In this document: in pieces, positions 8,861 to 18,386 of the stretch
How positions within the stretch are numbered: the first letter of the stretch is position 1
Layout: each line of letters opens with the position of its first letter
The notes under the pieces: model-generated
The model's database searches: none
Seen by the model: only the letters and a program-made list of their open reading frames with translations
What the model was told of the DNA's origin: nothing
Program-made: the position numbers and the translations under genes
From: Limnochordia bacterium
GTDB lineage: Bacteria > Bacillota > Limnochordia > DTU080
NCBI GenBank assembly: GCA_050951545.1
Contig: JBMNJG010000014.1
Location: forward strand, 1 to 21,141
Length of the DNA stretch: 21,141 nt
Direction: 5' to 3'

Positions 8861-8969
8861 GTGGTTCCTCCCCGGAAACTCGTGTTACGCTGTGAGGCGG
8901 TAGCCGGGTTGCTTGGTGGCATGGATGCTGTGGTGGTTCCTCCCCGGAAACTCGTGTTACGCTGTGAGG
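8861..8969. repeat. Two identical 37-bp direct repeats (8861-8897, 8933-8969) separated by 35 bp
   Basis: GTGGTTCCTCCCCGGAAACTCGTGTTACGCTGTGAGG occurs twice. Confidence 0.9.
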
Positions 8970-8972
8970 GCA

Positions 8973-9004
8973 TGTCGGCGGCTGCGCGTGGTTGGCCGCC
9001 GACA
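8973..9004 (-). terminator. GC-rich hairpin downstream of the oxidoreductase
   Basis: TGTCGGCGGC...GCCGCCGACA 10-bp stem; no clear U-tract. Confidence 0.4.
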
Positions 9005-9026
9005 CGCGTACTCCTTGGTGCTTTGC

Positions 9027-10043
9027 TCACCCGTCAATCTTCTGGCGGGCACCACCTTCAGCCACAGACGTTAGAGCTGCGTTGGCCGCTTCGATAGCCC
9101 GCACACCGTCCCGGCCGCTGGCCAGATCGATCAGATGGCCTTTGGCGATCGAGGCGAGAAAAAGGTTGTACATCTCTGCGAAGGCTTTTCGGTAGCCTAT
9201 GTCCTCTCGACGCACGCCCTTGGGCGATTGTACGACAAGACGGAGCTTGCCGCCAGGAAGATGCTCTAGAAAAGCGGTGCCGTTATCTCCCTCGATGTCG
9301 ATGCGGTTGATGTGGTAGCGCTCTGACGACGTGACTGTATGTCCGAATACCCAGCTCTCGTCGATGACGGCTACTGCTCCGTTTGCCATCCGGCATGTCG
9401 CTACGACATGGTCGGGATAGGGATACTCCTCCATAAAAAGGCCATTTGCCATCACCTGGGAGTACTCGCTCTGAGAGAACCAACGAGCCAGGTCGAAGAA
9501 GTGAACGCCACAGTCAAAGATGGGTCCCTTTCCCTCGGTCATAAGCAAGCGATGGCGCTCAATACCAGCCCACCGGGGGCCTGACCAGTTGTAGACGAGA
9601 CGAAGAAAGCGAACATTTCCGATTTCACCTGCATCAATAGCCTTCTTAATCAGGCGGTGGGCAGCATCAGCTCGCAGTTCAAAGTTGACTGCCAGCAGAC
9701 GGTTGGCGTCCTCTGCGGCCTTAACCAGCTGCCAGCCGCGTTCGACAGTGTCGGTAATCGGTTTCTCGCAGAACACGTGCTTCCCAGCGGCCACTGCGTC
9801 CATAGCTATGGCGAAATGGCTGGTGACTGGAGTGGCTATGGTGACCGCGTCGATATCTTCCTGAGCCAGCAACTCCCGATAATCCGTGTACAGACGGCTG
9901 ACACCGTGCTTAGCACCTAGCTCTTTCAGGCGCGGGCCGTTGAGATCCGATAGAGCTACCAGAGAGGTCTCAGGATGCTCGGCTAACGCGGGGATGTGCC
10001 CGTATCCAGCTACTGTACCACAACCAATGACACCAAATCGCAC
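9027..10043 (-). CDS. Gfo/Idh/MocA family NAD(P)-dependent oxidoreductase
   Basis: GVIGCG Rossmann motif, AGKHVFCEKP, DCGVHFFD; RBS AGGAGG before GTG. Confidence 0.95.
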   Translation of the reverse strand: MRFGVIGCGTVAGYGHIPALAEHPETSLVALSDLNGPRLKELGAKHGVSRLYTDYRELLAQEDIDAVTIATPVTSHFAIAMDAVAAGKHVFCEKPITDTVERGWQLVKAAEDANRLLAVNFELRADAAHRLIKKAIDAGEIGNVRFLRLVYNWSGPRWAGIERHRLLMTEGKGPIFDCGVHFFDLARWFSQSEYSQVMANGLFMEEYPYPDHVVATCRMANGAVAVIDESWVFGHTVTSSERYHINRIDIEGDNGTAFLEHLPGGKLRLVVQSPKGVRREDIGYRKAFAEMYNLFLASIAKGHLIDLASGRDGVRAIEAANAALTSVAEGGARQKIDG

Positions 10044-10125
10044 TACTACCGCCTCCTAATGTGTTGACCCAAAAGCGATACTTCGCTTCGCTACCAGCGG
10101 CTCCTGCTGAGACGTATGAAGCGCG

Positions 10126-10162
10126 AAGCAGGCCATCCGACTGTGGCTCAGAGGGCCTGCTT
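10126..10162 (-). terminator. Hairpin downstream of hsp20
   Basis: AAGCAGGCC...GGCCTGCTT inverted repeat about 30 bp past the hsp20 stop. Confidence 0.45.
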
Positions 10163-10190
10163 GCTGGCTTTCCTTGCTAATGTGCGTTGG

Positions 10191-10619
10191 TCAATCGAGT
10201 TGGGCAGGGCGATCATTCACCTGAAGCTTAATGGTTTTGCTCTTCGCTGGTGTCGTCTTCGGCACCTGAATTCTCAGAATGCCGTTCTTGTACTCGGCCA
10301 CTGCCTCATCGTATTTCACTGACACAGGGAACGAGATGCTCCTCTGGAAACTACCGTACCGTCTCTCGATACGACGGTATCCCTGGCGATCAATGCCGCT
10401 GTCTTGCTTGACTTCGCCACTGATGGTGAGACCGTCTTCGCTGATCATCAACTCGAGGTCGTCTGGGTCTACTCCTGGGATTTCCGCGTGTACTGAGATA
10501 TGGCCGTTTGTTTCTGCCACATCCACTGATGGGCCCCAAAACGGGGCGAAAACACGGTCGATGCTCTCTCGCATTCTCGACAGCTCGCTGTAGGGGTTCC
10601 AGCGCACAAGGTCGGTCAT
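10191..10619 (-). CDS. Hsp20/alpha-crystallin small heat shock protein
   Basis: PSVDVAE...AEIPGV...LTISGE...ERRYGSFQRSI...AEYKNGILRIQVPK; RBS AGGAGG before ATG 10619. Confidence 0.95.
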   Translation of the reverse strand: MTDLVRWNPYSELSRMRESIDRVFAPFWGPSVDVAETNGHISVHAEIPGVDPDDLELMISEDGLTISGEVKQDSGIDRQGYRRIERRYGSFQRSISFPVSVKYDEAVAEYKNGILRIQVPKTTPAKSKTIKLQVNDRPAQLD

Positions 10620-10740
10620 GTGTATCCCTCCTGACCTCGATTTTGCCCTGATAGGGAACGCAGTATGAGTACCCATGCATAGGAACTGCAAAAAGGAGAA
10701 GAATACCCTCAGATTGGAAAGCAAGAAAGGAGACATTTGC

Positions 10741-10977
10741 GTGGATACATTGCGGGCTATCGCTCTCACTATCATCATTGTGGGCGCTCTGAATTGGGGC
10801 CTAGTCGGCCTATTTGACTTCGATCTCGTGCAGTCAATCTTTGGAGGGACCTCCACCTATTCACCTAGCATGGCCTCCAGGGTCATCTATGTGCTTGTTG
10901 GGCTCTCTGGTCTGTATGCCTTTAGCTTCTATCGCTTCAGCGGTGACGAACGAGTCCGTCAGGGTGACAATCGGTAG
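10741..10977 (+). CDS. DUF378 (YuzA-like) small membrane protein
   Basis: IVGALNWGLVGLFDFDLV...IFGG...SRVIYVLVGLSGLY signature; RBS AAAGGAG before GTG. Confidence 0.92.
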   Translation: MDTLRAIALTIIIVGALNWGLVGLFDFDLVQSIFGGTSTYSPSMASRVIYVLVGLSGLYAFSFYRFSGDERVRQGDNR

Positions 10978-11046
10978 AGCCTGTCGCTTTGATGGCCAGA
11001 AGGAACCCACCGCCAAGGACCGAAAATGGCGGTGGAGGTGGTAGCG

Positions 11047-11808
11047 GTGAAGCTATCGGTCTGCATTGAGATGATAGGCAAAGAAGTGCCGTTTCTGGAG
11101 CGCATAGCGCTGGCCGCTGAGGCCGGGTACAACGCTATTGAGTTCTGGAGCTGGGCGAACAAAGACATCGACGCTATTGCGGCAGCAGCCATGGCATCGA
11201 ATGTGACGGTCGCTGGGATGGTGGCGACGTCAGGCAAACTGGTCGATCCTAGCCTACGAGATAGGCTCGTGGAGGAAGTAAAATCAACCATTGAAGTCGC
11301 TAAGCGGTTGAGCTGCACAACACTCATCGTGACCACCGGAAACGAACTGCCAGATATGCCTCGCGCTCAGCAGCATGACAGTGTCGTGGCTGGCCTTAAG
11401 AAGGTAGCTCCTTTGGCAGAACAGGCCGGAATGGTTCTCGTGTTGGAGCCGCTTAACCTTCTGGTCGATCATCAGGGTTACTACCTGAGCACATCGCCCG
11501 AAGGTTTCGACATCATCCGCCAGGTTGATAGTCCAGCGGTGCGCTTGCTCTTTGATGTCTATCACCAGCAGGTAACTGAAGGGAATGTGACGGCGAACAT
11601 GCTAGCCAATTTGGATCTAATTGGTCATGTCCATGTGGCCGATGTGCCTGGTCGTCATGAGCCCGGGACGGGCGAGCTCAACTATGGGAACATATGCAGG
11701 ATGCTTAGCGACGCGGGCTACGACGGCTATGTTGGACTGGAGTTCAAGCCGACGAGACCTTCCCAAGAAGTGCTTCGCTCGGTGTATGAGCTCTGCCGTC
11801 CAATCTGA
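11047..11808 (+). CDS. Hydroxypyruvate isomerase family / xylose-isomerase-like TIM barrel
   Basis: LEPLN, LLFDVYHQQ, HVHVADVPGRHEPGTGELNY, VGLEF motifs; RBS GGAGGTG. Confidence 0.92.
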   Translation: MKLSVCIEMIGKEVPFLERIALAAEAGYNAIEFWSWANKDIDAIAAAAMASNVTVAGMVATSGKLVDPSLRDRLVEEVKSTIEVAKRLSCTTLIVTTGNELPDMPRAQQHDSVVAGLKKVAPLAEQAGMVLVLEPLNLLVDHQGYYLSTSPEGFDIIRQVDSPAVRLLFDVYHQQVTEGNVTANMLANLDLIGHVHVADVPGRHEPGTGELNYGNICRMLSDAGYDGYVGLEFKPTRPSQEVLRSVYELCRPI

Positions 11809-12232
11809 TAGGCAACGCAGGCGACACGCTGTGAGCAGGCTCTGCTTAGGATTACATCGACATTTGTGGAGCCATGTTCCACGGTGCAGGGAGCTAGCGC
11901 AACGCTAAGTAGATGGTTGAAAATGGGTGATGGTTACGATTGGTTCCGGTCAACGGCTGAAACCGCGGTACTACACGAGGTCATCTGCCACAGAGGTCTT
12001 GGGCAGACGGGCTCTGCAGTGGTAGACTGAAACTGCGGGTGTGGCGTGATCCTGGCCTGAAGGCGCAGTTTATGGCTAAGTTCATGGATGAACAGTCGAT
12101 GAAGCGTCACAGGAGAGCCAAGGAAGGGCAGATCCAGGATCGGGCGAGGAGGCAGTGGATTGCTCCACTGCCTCTTCGCCATGTGTTCTCAAAAGCAGGA
12201 TGACCACCTTCCCACGGCCAAATAGCTAGCAG

Positions 12233-14092
12233 ATGCAATGGCTGGTCAAGGAGAGTGAAGGGTTCTTGCCAAAGAGCACATCCTGGGGCTTGCGTTACCG
12301 ACAGGCTTTAGACATGGAGCGACGGGCCGAGCAGGCACTGCTGGGGCCAACCAATACTGATGATACGCATTGGAGCAAGAGGCGGAGGGGCCCTACAGGT
12401 GCTTTTTACACTCCGTATCACCTCGTGCGTTTTCTCGTGCGCTACACGCTTCAGCCAGTTCTCATAGATATCTATCGGCGGGCGAGGCGGGTTGCTCAGC
12501 AGGAGAGCCGAGCACATTTGTGTTTGCTCCATCAAGAGGCCGCGCATCTGCAGGTCTTAGATCCAGCCTGTGGTTGTGGCCGCTTCCTTTTGGTAGCTTT
12601 TCGTTCCTTACGTTGCCTGCACCTACGGTTGGCACTGCACATGGCGCGTCTCGAGGGCAGTGAGGTATCATTGTCAGCACTCGAAGCCCTGGCGAATCGT
12701 CGGGCCCTCAATTGCCTTCGCGGTATCGATATCCACGAGCAGGCAGTGGCTGCGACAAGAGCTGTCTTGCTCCATGCTGCAGGTGAAGTCAGCGAGGCGT
12801 GCCCTCATCTACAAGTAGCCGACGTTACGCTCGCTGGTGATGTTATCCCCACTGATGTTGACGTCTGCATTGGGAACCCGCCTTGGGGTGCTGTAGGCGC
12901 ACGTCGGGCCGCTCGGGCCCTAGGGATGCCAGCCACCAATGCCAACACCTTCGGCTTCTTCTTGATCCGCTGCCTGGATAGCCTGGCCCCTGGTGGTCGG
13001 CTTGGGTTTGTGCTTCCGCGCAATTTCTGCAAGGGCAATGACTATGAACTTCTTCGACGCGAATTACTTACCCGCACATGCGTGGAGTGGATAGGCGATG
13101 CTGGCCGAGCCTTTCCGGGGGTTACGCAGGAAGCAGTGGTCGTAGTGGCTAGACGCCAACAGGTAGGGGAGAGACCAGGCAAGGTACGTATTGCCTCCGT
13201 AGCGGAGTCGCAGGAACGCGTGCTGCGGGCCCTTGATCAGATGACCGTTCGCAAGACGCCGCGCAGTGTCATTCCTCTCACTGCAGATCAGCGCGTTCTC
13301 GAGGTGCTTGATGACATGGATCGCGCAGCTGGGGCTTGGCGTCTGCGGAACTGGGTTGCGTGGGGGCGGGGCCTCGAATACGGGCAAGATGGCGCTCTCG
13401 TTCGCTGCCCTGAATGTGGGGCCTATAACTCTCTCCCGAAAAAGAAACGTTCTGCGAAGCCATGTAGCCTGTGCGGAGCAGAAGTGGCTACTCAGGCTGT
13501 GCACTACCGTCTGGTGAGCCGTACTCGCGACAGTACGCATACCGCGGCAGTCTACGTGGGACGTCATGTGCGGCGCTACCGACTAGAGGCGCCCTACTGG
13601 CTAGATCCTGCGGTGCGAGGAGTCTCCTATAAGACGTCAGCACTGTTCGAGCAGCCCAAGATACTGCTACCGAAAATATCGCCTTCTCTTGCCGCTGCAG
13701 TAGACATCAGCGATGCATTCGTGACCCAGGGTGTCTACATACTGCGGCCGCGCCTGGCACCGTGGAGTCTTTTCTCACTCGCCGGGTTGATCAATAGCTC
13801 GGCGCTCAGTTTCTACTACGAGTACCGCTTCAACGATGGTGCAGTCTTGACCACCAACGTGACGCTGGCCAATCTGCTTGCTCTGCCTGTACCCGATACT
13901 GCGACCTGTCCCGAGGCATTAGTGACGCTCGAGGGAGGGGCACGGTTGCTTTCACATGAGACAGACGAAGAGGCGGATCTAGCCGTAAACAGGGCTGTGA
14001 CCAGGTTGTTTGGCTTGTCTACAGCCCAGAGGACACTGATTAGGGACTGGTGGCAAAGCAACGCTGCGGAAGGCGCTACTCTGAGTGGGTAA
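12233..14092 (+). CDS. N6-adenine DNA methyltransferase (gamma class, Eco57I/TaqI-like) with C-terminal target-recognition domain
   Basis: GAFYTP, VLDPACGCGRFL (SAM binding), IGNPPW (catalytic), TaqI-C-like FEQPKILL...LAGLINSS...LPVP. Confidence 0.88.
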   Translation: MQWLVKESEGFLPKSTSWGLRYRQALDMERRAEQALLGPTNTDDTHWSKRRRGPTGAFYTPYHLVRFLVRYTLQPVLIDIYRRARRVAQQESRAHLCLLHQEAAHLQVLDPACGCGRFLLVAFRSLRCLHLRLALHMARLEGSEVSLSALEALANRRALNCLRGIDIHEQAVAATRAVLLHAAGEVSEACPHLQVADVTLAGDVIPTDVDVCIGNPPWGAVGARRAARALGMPATNANTFGFFLIRCLDSLAPGGRLGFVLPRNFCKGNDYELLRRELLTRTCVEWIGDAGRAFPGVTQEAVVVVARRQQVGERPGKVRIASVAESQERVLRALDQMTVRKTPRSVIPLTADQRVLEVLDDMDRAAGAWRLRNWVAWGRGLEYGQDGALVRCPECGAYNSLPKKKRSAKPCSLCGAEVATQAVHYRLVSRTRDSTHTAAVYVGRHVRRYRLEAPYWLDPAVRGVSYKTSALFEQPKILLPKISPSLAAAVDISDAFVTQGVYILRPRLAPWSLFSLAGLINSSALSFYYEYRFNDGAVLTTNVTLANLLALPVPDTATCPEALVTLEGGARLLSHETDEEADLAVNRAVTRLFGLSTAQRTLIRDWWQSNAAEGATLSG

Positions 14093-14996
14093 GATCGGCT
14101 CGTGTCTGCTGTTTGCCTAAGCCGGGTGTGGCGCCCAGGAATATTCCAAGGATCACGGCTCCTAGTCCCACAATCTGTAGTGCTGTGATGCTTTCATGCA
14201 GGAAGATGGAGGCCGTGATTAGGGAGACGAACGGCATGACGTTGGCGAACATGCTGGTGGTGCTGGCTCCGATCTCTTGGATGGAGCGGTTCCATAGATA
14301 GTTGCAGTACCCAGTGGCAATAGTGGCGGAGGCGATGGCAGCGATCCAGAAAATGGGGCCAGGCAGCTTCTGAGGTATTCCGTGGCGCATCACGTTCATG
14401 GTCGCAGGAAGAAGAAGCATCAGCGCGCCATATATCTGTATCATTGCCGTCAGTTGCAGGGGAGGAATGAGGTCGCGAGCTTTCTTGACAAAGATGCCAC
14501 CCATGACGTAGGTAAGCATGGCCCCAAAGATCAGCAGCTCCGCCACGCCGATCTTTGTACCCATCAGGTGCCATTCATTGGCGACAGCTGCTACCACCCC
14601 GCCGAAACCGATCAAAACCCCTGTTAGACGCCTTCTTGTCAGAGGCTCATCAAGTACGAAGTGGGCGATTACGGCGGTGGCCAGAGGGTTAAGACTTAAG
14701 ATAAGTGAGCTAAGGCCAGCCTTGGCCAAAGGCATGCCGCGCGCTAGACAGACTTGGTGTAGAAAAACGGCACAGAATGCGGCCCGCAACGCCAGGCGTC
14801 TGGCTTCAGGCACAATCTTCCTTCTTCTATGGCGGGCAGCAACGGGTATGAGGATGAGAGCCGCCATAGCCATACGAAAGGCCTGTAACTCGAGAGGTGG
14901 AAAATGGGAAAACAGGGCCTTGATCAGTACCGTGTTTGCTCCCCAGACCGTTGTGGCAAACATCAGGCGGAGGAACTGGCGCGTCGACATGTGCAA
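14076..14996 (-). CDS. DMT/EamA family transporter
   Basis: About 10 TM helices in two EamA repeats (VWGAN...PPLEL...R; LNPLAT...LDEPL; FLHESIT). Confidence 0.93.
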   Translation of the reverse strand: MHMSTRQFLRLMFATTVWGANTVLIKALFSHFPPLELQAFRMAMAALILIPVAARHRRRKIVPEARRLALRAAFCAVFLHQVCLARGMPLAKAGLSSLILSLNPLATAVIAHFVLDEPLTRRRLTGVLIGFGGVVAAVANEWHLMGTKIGVAELLIFGAMLTYVMGGIFVKKARDLIPPLQLTAMIQIYGALMLLLPATMNVMRHGIPQKLPGPIFWIAAIASATIATGYCNYLWNRSIQEIGASTTSMFANVMPFVSLITASIFLHESITALQIVGLGAVILGIFLGATPGLGKQQTRADLTHSE

Positions 14997-15089
14997 TGCT
15001 TGTTGCCCTCGTTTCGAAACCGCAAGGTGGAAGTCTCAGGCATTGCCTGCCTGCGCCTAACCTTGTTCGGTCACCTTCCGGTAAGCGGT

Positions 15090-15500
15090 CTAGATCTTTA
15101 GTGGCAGGATTGTAGCTAAGATAGCACCGGTACTCATTGCTGCAAACATGTTTGCAGCTAGACCTACCAGTAGCAGCGCAGGCACCTCAAAAAACGGGTC
15201 TGGAAAGAGCATGATCCCCGACCAGCAGATGCCAATGAGACAGATAGCGACGAAAGCGGGACCGATAAGAGGGTGTGGGTGGACACGGGCCGCTCCAAAA
15301 TACCCGATCAGGCCAAAGATCGCCAGATTGAGGTTTGGGATGGGTAACACCGAGGCAGCCAGGGACCCCACTACGACAAGAAGAATACATGATAGCCCTG
15401 CTGCAAGCTGTTGGCGTGGCGAGATCGGGAAAAGACGAAAGCCCCGAAGCCCCAGTTTCTTAATGCCCAACGGGTTCCATGAGATGGAGATGCGAGACAT
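15090..15500 (-). CDS. Hypothetical membrane protein (~4 TM)
   Basis: RBS AAAGGAG before ATG 15500; four hydrophobic segments. Confidence 0.65.
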   Translation of the reverse strand: MSRISISWNPLGIKKLGLRGFRLFPISPRQQLAAGLSCILLVVVGSLAASVLPIPNLNLAIFGLIGYFGAARVHPHPLIGPAFVAICLIGICWSGIMLFPDPFFEVPALLLVGLAANMFAAMSTGAILATILPLKI

Positions 15501-15690
15501 GGTACGGGCTCCTTTTCTTCGATATGTTCCGTACAGGTGGGCCTCAGGCGCGTCTCCCCAAGACATCTGGCGAGAGCGGCTAATACGGTGTATGTGTCTA
15601 CGTAGTTCTGCGTGCACGGCCAAAACCCCTTGTAGGCATTGGGGAATGCGTGTACCCGACGTTTGTACGCATTAATGACAGAAGGGGCAG

Positions 15691-16131
15691 ATGGCGGATA
15701 TGGAGAAAGTCTATGCCATCGGTGTCGATCCGGGTAGCCACAAGTGCGGTATGGCAGTGGTGACCATGGCCGGGGTTTGCGTCGCTCGGTGTGTCGTCCA
15801 TGTGGACGACTTCGAGCCGGTATTCTCCCAACTGGTACGGGAGTATCACCCCGCAGTAGCGGTGCTAGGTGATCGTACGGCAGCGGACGAGTTTCGCAGA
15901 CGCTTGGAGCAGCTGACCCATGCGCTTGATTACCCCATCGAGATTCATATGGTATCAGAGCACCTGTCTAGTGAGGAAGGGCGGCGTCGCTACCTGCGGG
16001 CACATCGAAAAGGCTGGCGGCTTTTTGTGCCATTAGGGTTGCAGTGGCCCAGCGAACCGTATGACGATCATGTGGCTGAGGTTCTCGTCCTTCGCTATCT
16101 GCGGCAAGGGGGTACGCTAAGAGATCCGTAG
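15691..16131 (+). CDS. YqgF/RuvX-like RNase H-fold nuclease
   Basis: IGVDPGSHKCGMAVV, VLGDRT, VSEHLSSEEGR, PYDDHVA motifs. Confidence 0.85.
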   Translation: MADMEKVYAIGVDPGSHKCGMAVVTMAGVCVARCVVHVDDFEPVFSQLVREYHPAVAVLGDRTAADEFRRRLEQLTHALDYPIEIHMVSEHLSSEEGRRRYLRAHRKGWRLFVPLGLQWPSEPYDDHVAEVLVLRYLRQGGTLRDP

Positions 16132-16252
16132 CCAACCGTGGAAAAGAAGCAGGTACTGGCAGGCAGAATGGAGAATCTTTCTACACGGCATGAGGGAAGA
16201 TGCCGGAAGGGTCGTGAGTCTCATGGGAGCGCTCCAAAGAGCAGGTGGCTGC

Positions 16253-17218
16253 ATGCGAAGATCCATGCTATATATGGGGTTCCTTCTGCTGTTAGGCTAT
16301 GCTTTGCTTGCCTGCGGCGCAGAGGCGAGTCCGTTTGCTCCGCTGCCCACAGGCCATTGGACTTACGCCGCGCTGTCGCGCCTGTCGGCAAGTGGTCTAG
16401 TTGATGTTGGCATCGGTTTTCTCCAACGCGGCGACTATGTTGTGTCTCGCTACGAGATGGCGCTTTGGCTGTCCCAGGCGTTGGATGTGCTAAACAGTGG
16501 CGAGCCAAGAGTCGTCGATGATGTGTCAGCGCAGATAGCTGGTTACAATGCGAAGCATCCAGGGAAGGCTCTGACCACAGATGAAGCACAGGCTCTCACG
16601 GACCTTCTGGCTTTTTTGCGTCCAGAGCTTAGAGATATGGGCTACATACAGGGTACCTCTCAGATGATCGCCACTACGTTGAGCTCTACGGATGAGGAAC
16701 GGCAGTTGTTAGAGCTGGGGATGGCTGGTACAGGCGTGTTGCGCCTGCGTACACGAGGCGAAAGTGCCTCAGATGTCCCGCAGGTAGGCTTGGGGCTATC
16801 GCTTGATCTGGGTGATGTCTTGTTCACCGTCGGGCAGTCAACGAGCACTTATGAGGGGCAACTTGATAGCACTACCGAGTTGGGGCTGAATGTGCGGATG
16901 CAGAACGTACAGATCAAGCTGGGTTACAGTGCTCAGGGTGCTGCTCCTACGCTAAACCCCATCGGGGGGGCTAAGCGCACTGCCAGCGCTGGGTTGGAGT
17001 ATGTGGTGACTCCAGAGAGCCGTGCCAGTGCCGACGTCTCCTACTCGGCGGATGCTGTGGGCAATACCACCACAACAGATTTCGGTCTGCGGTTCAACCA
17101 GCAAGGCACGTCGGTCACGTTGGGTTACCGTTTGGTGGACTTTGCAGGATCGCATCTAGAGCCACATCAGGACGCCCGTGACAACATTGCCACGGCAGAG
17201 TTTACCATCCGCTTCTAG
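16253..17218 (+). CDS. Secreted SLH-domain protein with C-terminal outer-membrane beta-barrel (OmpM-like)
   Basis: Signal peptide; PFAPLPTGHWTYAALSRL...G...SRYEMA SLH-like motif; alternating beta strands; C-terminal AEFTIRF. Confidence 0.72.
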   Translation: MRRSMLYMGFLLLLGYALLACGAEASPFAPLPTGHWTYAALSRLSASGLVDVGIGFLQRGDYVVSRYEMALWLSQALDVLNSGEPRVVDDVSAQIAGYNAKHPGKALTTDEAQALTDLLAFLRPELRDMGYIQGTSQMIATTLSSTDEERQLLELGMAGTGVLRLRTRGESASDVPQVGLGLSLDLGDVLFTVGQSTSTYEGQLDSTTELGLNVRMQNVQIKLGYSAQGAAPTLNPIGGAKRTASAGLEYVVTPESRASADVSYSADAVGNTTTTDFGLRFNQQGTSVTLGYRLVDFAGSHLEPHQDARDNIATAEFTIRF

Positions 17219-17320
17219 ATTGGCGCATGAGTAGAGTAAGCATTCGAGTGCCAGAGTTCGTTGAGAGAGTGTTTGTGTGGCGAGGATGAACCAAAGAAAG
17301 ATCTTCGGAGGGGTGCTGTG

Positions 17321-18250
17321 ATGTTGCGAAAGATAACAGTGGTAGCCTTACTGATGTCTCTGGTGCTGTCAATCACACCGCAGGCGTGGGCCGCGACACC
17401 GCTCGAGAGACTGGCGGAGGTCGAGGTGAGCTTGTTTGGAGCTCCGCAGGCTGGCGCGCTTTTACAGCGTCTCAATCATGCGGAGGCCACGCTTTTTGGA
17501 AAACCCGTTGGAAGTCAGGATCCTATCGTTGTCCGTATTGAGAAGCTGGCCAGGTTGGTGACAGGTAGCGGCGCTTCAGGCGCTTCTCTCATCATGAAGC
17601 TCAACGCGGCGGAATGGATGATCTTCCAGGATCAGACCATGGCCATTCCGCTTTTCGATAGGCTTGAGAAGATCGAAAAAGACGTATACGGAGACCCTAG
17701 TCAGGGGATCGGCGTGGAGGAGAGGATTAACGACCTGGTGTCGTTGGTATGGCCAGGTGGTGTGCTCAACACAGGTGAGGCACGGCTGTTGCCAGGCACC
17801 ACAGTCAAAATCAAGTTGCTGACGGAGCTCAGCTCCACCACTAGTAAGGAAGGTGACCTCGTCCATTATCAGGTCTTGTCTGATGTCAGCCAAGACAACA
17901 AGCTGGTTATTCCGACGGGTGCATGCGGTACGGGCGTCGTTCAGAAGGTAAAGAAGGCCGGGCCTTTCGGACAGGAGGGTCAGGTTGGTATTGATTTTGG
18001 TTCCCTTAGAGCTATTGATGGCACTCTTATTCCCATGACGTTCCAGCCAAGGTCAGCAAGCGGGGTAGGCCAGGGTGAGCTCGCTGCTGGTGCCAGCTTG
18101 GGCGGTATGGTGCTTCTCGGTCCGCTTGGGCTTGCGGCTGGCTATCTTGTGCAGGGGAAGGCCCAGAGCATTCCTGTAGGCACTGAGCTGACTGTCGAGG
18201 TCAAGGATGCTGTGACGGTTAGGGCACTGTCGTTGCTTCCATTGCAGTGA
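17321..18250 (+). CDS. Exported hypothetical protein with RL-x2-E-x3-(F/Y)G helical repeats and a beta-rich C-terminal domain
   Basis: Signal peptide ending AWA; repeats RLAEVEVSLFG, RLNHAEATLFG, RLEKIEKDVYG; Gly-rich hydrophobic hairpin near the C-terminus. Confidence 0.75.
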   Translation: MLRKITVVALLMSLVLSITPQAWAATPLERLAEVEVSLFGAPQAGALLQRLNHAEATLFGKPVGSQDPIVVRIEKLARLVTGSGASGASLIMKLNAAEWMIFQDQTMAIPLFDRLEKIEKDVYGDPSQGIGVEERINDLVSLVWPGGVLNTGEARLLPGTTVKIKLLTELSSTTSKEGDLVHYQVLSDVSQDNKLVIPTGACGTGVVQKVKKAGPFGQEGQVGIDFGSLRAIDGTLIPMTFQPRSASGVGQGELAAGASLGGMVLLGPLGLAAGYLVQGKAQSIPVGTELTVEVKDAVTVRALSLLPLQ

Positions 18251-18386
18251 GTGATGGGTCCTGACTGGCCGGGGTCGCAGCGATGGTTGCGGTCCCGGCT
18301 TTTCGCGGAAGTACGCGCAGGAGAGCAGAGTCAGCCTGACAGCGGTCTTTGGAGCACTTTGATGAGTCCTTTTGGGAGTGACGGAA

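Noticed and set aside
8861-8969. CRISPR array
   Set aside because: Only two repeats, no cas genes in the window, no typical repeat termini, and the repeat contains an RBS.
10620-10856. N-terminal extension of Hsp20 in the ORF track
   Set aside because: It is antisense to the DUF378 gene; a strong RBS supports ATG 10619.
11934-12182. 82-aa minus-strand ORF
   Set aside because: No clear RBS or motif; cannot be supported, though not excluded.
14518-15675. Long plus-strand ORFs 14518..15060 and 15148..15675
   Set aside because: Antisense shadows of the better-supported membrane-protein genes.
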